Below, one piece after another: positions 59,316-64,000 of a stretch of 64,000 bases of DNA. The notes under the pieces were generated by a model. That model was not told the origin of the DNA. It was given only the letters and a program-made list of their open reading frames with translations, and ran no database searches. Every line of letters begins with the position of its first letter. The first letter of the stretch is position 1. The position numbers were made by a program, and so were the translations under genes. Source of the stretch: Eledone cirrhosa (lineage: Eukaryota); contig OZ024742.1 of NCBI GenBank assembly GCA_964016885.1, positions 66,588,001 to 66,652,000 of the forward strand. The letters run 5' to 3'.

Positions 59316-60884
59316 TAAATTTCTTTATTAGCCACAAGGGCACAAATTTGAAGGGGACAAATACAAATGGGGAGTTTATATACAGGTATATGAAAATAAA
59401 ACTATTAATAAAATAACAAATAACAATTGAAATCCCCATTAAGGGGGAGGCGTTACACAGGGGTTGTACACACCCCGAACAAATGTATAACCCTCATCTC
59501 CAGGAACATCAAGAGTGAGTACTCCCTTCCTCTCTTCCTCTTTTTCCTCAAACTACAGGTTTATATAGAGAGAAGGCCGGACCACTCGGGCCAACTTTGC
59601 CACATTCACCCACCTTTTATAAAATTTGCTGGGGCACTCTGATTCTTCTTCCAAAATGATATTTGAAAAAACGAATCAGTTGCTCGCCGGAGAGAAAGGT
59701 GTCTGAACTCAGCCCTTTTAACCTCGTCCACCATATAACCTCTTTCACCATAGCCATAACACATAGGAAAACCGCATCTCCCTCGTTTTTGAAGGAGGGT
59801 GGCGGTTTGATCATGACAATGAACTCGGTGGTCAACTGGATTCGTCCCAGCCACGACAATAGTCATTCTACATAGCCCCACAGGTCGGTAACGTCCGGTC
59901 AGTGTACAAATGCGTGCGCGACAGTTTCCTCGTCGCGTACGCATCTCGGACAGATCTCTTTCGAAGGTTACCTGCCTGGGCGCCCGTGTCTGTAGAGCTT
60001 GTGTCGAACTACTAGAGCTCCTCGGTAGAACTGCCAGGCCAGGCACTTTTGGAGGTTGTCCATTGGTCCCGGGCAGAAGATCCTACAGAACAGACTGGCC
60101 AGTTCGTCCTCCTCTACGCCTAGAGTTTCTCTGAGCGCGTCGTCACACTTGCTACGGACCAACCCTCTATAGAATGTCGAAGTGGAGTCTCCACTGATCA
60201 CCGGGTCCGTTTGCCAGATGAATATGAGCGCCTGAAAACATTCGATGTGCCAGTCGCCCAATTTTCCCCGGTCTTTGCATGACCCAGGACTGCAGCTCGG
60301 TCAGCGAGACAAGTCGTGGGAAGGCTCGCCTCACGAACGGGGCCCACACCGGTTGTCCGGTGAGGAATACGTGGAGGTGCCGCAGCCTGAGGGCGTGTTT
60401 CGTCAGCCACGGCATCCCAGCCCTCTGTTTGAAGGGTGTTGGCAGCAGATGGATCTTCTCACCAAAGGAGCCCGTTTCTTCCAAAGGAATTGGTAGAGCG
60501 CGCGCTCCATTTTGGTGAGCGTTTTGGCTGGACAAGGCACGACGGTCAAGCGGTAGTAGATGACGGACGCTATAAAAGTGTTCGCCACCTCCGCTCGATC
60601 TTTCAAGGATAGTTTGCACTCGGCCCACTTCTGGGTGAGCGCAAACACCTTGGCCGTCACCTCGTTCCAGTTCTTCTCCACCTGGATGTCCGGACCAAAC
60701 CAGACCCGAGCAGCTTTATCGGTCCTTCTGTCCAGCGTCCGACGACCCCATCGGAAGGCATCGGTTTGCCTCTCCACGTTCCGATTTGCAAACCGACGGA
60801 TTTGTCCCGGTTCAGCTTCGCTCCTGTGAAACTTTCGTATTCCTCCAGTAAGCTGCCGACCTCCCCAATTTGCGACGTGCTCGA
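59316..60884 (-). mobile_element. L1/Tx1-clade LINE 3' fragment, copy 1
   Basis: GAKLNRDKS, IKLLG, KLSL..R..VAN, GLG; zf-RVT-like LAWQFYRGAL; AATAAA then (TATC)n. Confidence 0.85.
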
Positions 60885-60897
60885 GATAGATAGATAG

Positions 60898-61855
60898 ATT
60901 TCTTTATTTGCCAGAAGGGCGCCAAAATATGGGGACAAAAACAGAGTAGGGAGTTTACATACATGCGTGTAAACAAATAGAATTAATAAAATAAATAACA
61001 AATAACAAATAACAATTAACAATTGAAATACCCAATAGGGGAGAGGAGTTACACATGGGTTGTACACACACCGAAAATATGTACAACCTTCATCTCCAGG
61101 AGCACGAAGAGTGAGCGCTCCTTTCCTCTCTTCCTCTTTCTCCTCAACCTACAGGTTTATATAGAGAGAAGGCCCAACGGCTCGGGCCATCTTTGCCACA
61201 TTCACCCACCTTTCGTAAAAGTTGCTGGGGTGCAGCGCCTCTCTCCTAAAATATTATCTGAAGAAGCGAACCAGTTGTTCGCCGGAGAGAAAGGTGTCTG
61301 ACCTCAGCCCTTTCAGTCTCGTCCACACTATAGCCTCATTCACCATAGCCATTACAGAGAGGAAAGCCGCCTCTCCTTCGTTTTTGAAGGAAGGTGGGGG
61401 TTTGATCGCAATAATGGACTCGGTGTTTTACTGGATTGGTCCCACCCGCGACAGTAGTCGTTCTGCATACCTCCACAGGTCGGTGACGCCCGGGCAGTAT
61501 ACGAATGCGTGCACGACGGTTTCCTCGTCCCGTACGCATCTCGGACAGATCTTTTTCGCAGAATCCCTGCCCGGGCGCCAGTGTCTATAGAGTGTGTATC
61601 GAACGGGTAGAGCTCCTCGGTAGCACTGCCAGGCCAGTGAATTTTGGAAGTTCTCCATCGGTCCCGGGCGGAATGTCCTACCAAACAGACTGCTCAGTTC
61701 GTCTTCCTCTACGCCTAGAGTTTCTCCGAGAGTGTCGTCGCACTTGCTACGGACTAACCCTTTATAGAATGACGAGGTGGAGCCTCTACTGATTGCCGGG
61801 TCCGTTTGGCAGAGGACTGTGAGCGCCTGAGCACATTCAATGTGCCAGTCGCACA
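60898..61855 (-). mobile_element. L1/Tx1-clade LINE 3' fragment, copy 2
   Basis: SLAWQCYRGALPVR...CPRC..EETVVHAFVYC; AATAAA then (TATC)n; paralogous to copy 1. Confidence 0.88.
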
Positions 61856-62879
61856 GATAGATAGATAAATAGATATATAGATAGATAGATAAATAGATAG
61901 GCAGAACAAAACTACCGTAATTTGTGCATGCGCATTTGATAATAATTAAAGAAAATATAATCAGGGTTGACCAGTATCATCAACAATACGAATATCGCTA
62001 TAAATTTTCATTTCACTTCACATTTATTGTATGCATCTTTCTGCCCTGCCTAAGTTTTTAATGTCTTTCTTTCATTGTACTATGTAGCTTTTGTTCTCTT
62101 TCTTTATCGCTTTCTCTATCTAATTTTGTTTCTTCTATTTGTATCTCTCTTTGATTCTATACATAAATCATCTTCGTTCCACACCAGCTCCACCTCATCA
62201 TATCACATCATTACGTTTTACATATTCTCAATGTCCCACATATGATATACCTCATAATTTTCCAAAACACCCATAGACACACATAGATACCCACTCACGC
62301 ATACATACACACACAAATGCATACGTTATCGACATAAACAGAGCTGCAAGCACGCTCTCTGGCAAACAGGAATGTCTTCTTTATCAAAACACACACACAC
62401 TTACAGACACACAGTGTTAGAATACAACATAAATACTTTATCAACACACACAGCCCGATATAAATACCAACCTTTGTCCTGATGTCCAAAGAGAAATTTT
62501 TCTTGATGTTTCTATTCATAAAGCCACGTATGTAGAACTGAGAATCCATTCTCTTCATGTTGTACATTACAATCAAAGACATTAGAATATTTCACAGCAA
62601 TATTAACCACAATCACGTTTCACTTGCTTTGCTTCTATACTGGCGTCTGTTGAGAGCAAATGTATGTAATAACTATTTTCTCTCTTGATCACTTACCCGT
62701 CTCTCTCTCTTTCTTTCTCTCTCTCTCTCTCATTCTCTCTCTTTCTCTCTCTCTATCTCTCTTTCATTCTCTCTGTATATATATATACATATATATATGT
62801 ATAGATGTATATATATATTTATATATATCTCTATATAAACACACGCGCGCACACACGCACACACACGCACACACACGCG

Positions 62880-62953
<74 letters not shown>

Positions 62954-64000
62954 TATATATATAGGTATATATATGCATGCATATGAATATATACACGCAT
63001 GCATACACGTATATTGTATGCACGCCTATGCACATATACATAAATATATATATATATATATGAGGAATGCCTTATTTACTGAAATTTCTCATGCGTACAG
63101 ACTAAGAAAGCAAATATCTAGCTGTCATCGTATGTATCTGTGATTGTTAAGGATAGAAAGTTTCATGAAATGAAGAATACATACACGAATGTGTTGTGAA
63201 AATGAACAAGCTTGTCAAACAAGCAGTTTGCAAGGATAGAGAATGTTCAAGATATTCCTCTCCCTGATTTTCCTGCTGCAAAATGCCCATTTTCCCTAGG
63301 CAGAGAGGAGAACCGTGCATACGACTGAATATTTTATATTCAACTATACGCAAATCTGGAATTCTTTTATATAACCTAAATGTGACCTCAGCATGAGTGT
63401 GTCTAGAGAGAATACTAAAGACTTATGTGACAATTTCGTAAGGACTATGTGACGATCTCAATATATTTGTGACCAAGTGCGGATTCATACATAAATTTAG
63501 CTGATTGACAGATACCACAGATAATCTGTTTATGCTTTGCTACATTTGAAACTCTTCTATGACAAAATTGCGACAAGAAAGAATAAAATAGGCAATTAGA
63601 AAAAGCTTTAGATATAAAGTTTGATAGCCGCATTCTAATGCGTAGATTTCCGAGAACACTTTGTTCATATCACACTCGAATGCCACCAGTTCTTTGGGGA
63701 ATACGGAATTTCTTCGTCAAGCTCACGCAATCAGGCAGTTAAACCTGAATGTTCGCTGCCCAAATGCTCTTATCCGGCACATCTAATAAATTCACACGCT
63801 ACATGCATGCTATAAGGGTGTTATAGTGGTGACAGAATCGGCCTCATATATCATCTAAAGATACATATAACATGTATAATACTATAAAATACTCTATATA
63901 TAGATGGGTGACTGAATACGTACGTGTGTTTTTTCCTCATCTGTTTATTCCTAAATTTTCTTCTCACTCCTTTTTTCATCTTATATTCCGAACTCTATCT

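Noticed and set aside
62460-63790. Protein-like minus-strand stretches with splice-like sites
   Set aside because: Stops in every frame and no recognisable domain; cannot support a host exon or pseudogene

Overview
AT-rich eukaryotic (animal) non-genic or intronic DNA packed with microsatellites and transposable elements. The SINE type and (TA)n/(CA)n/(CATA)n load suggest an octopus-like cephalopod, but that is inference. No host protein-coding gene, tRNA, rRNA or CRISPR array can be supported. Contents: Penelope-like elements (PLEs) of two types (one near-intact RT+GIY-YIG ORF at 30813-32696 and several Naiad-like decayed copies), usually with inverted 5' segments; L1/Tx1-clade LINE fragments; many tRNA-derived SINEs; a deleted mariner; a non-autonomous Helitron; and a foldback MITE. 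The most striking signal, read by eye, is about 15 minimal type I hammerhead ribozyme (HHR) motifs from about 9 sequence families, plus remnants. Most have palindromic helix III and several carry a compensatory U3-A8 core. Two lie in non-coding, terminally redundant units of 424 and 595 bp that look like retrozymes. Many palindrome apices and truncation points fall inside the HHR core. All folds were derived manually and are untested.
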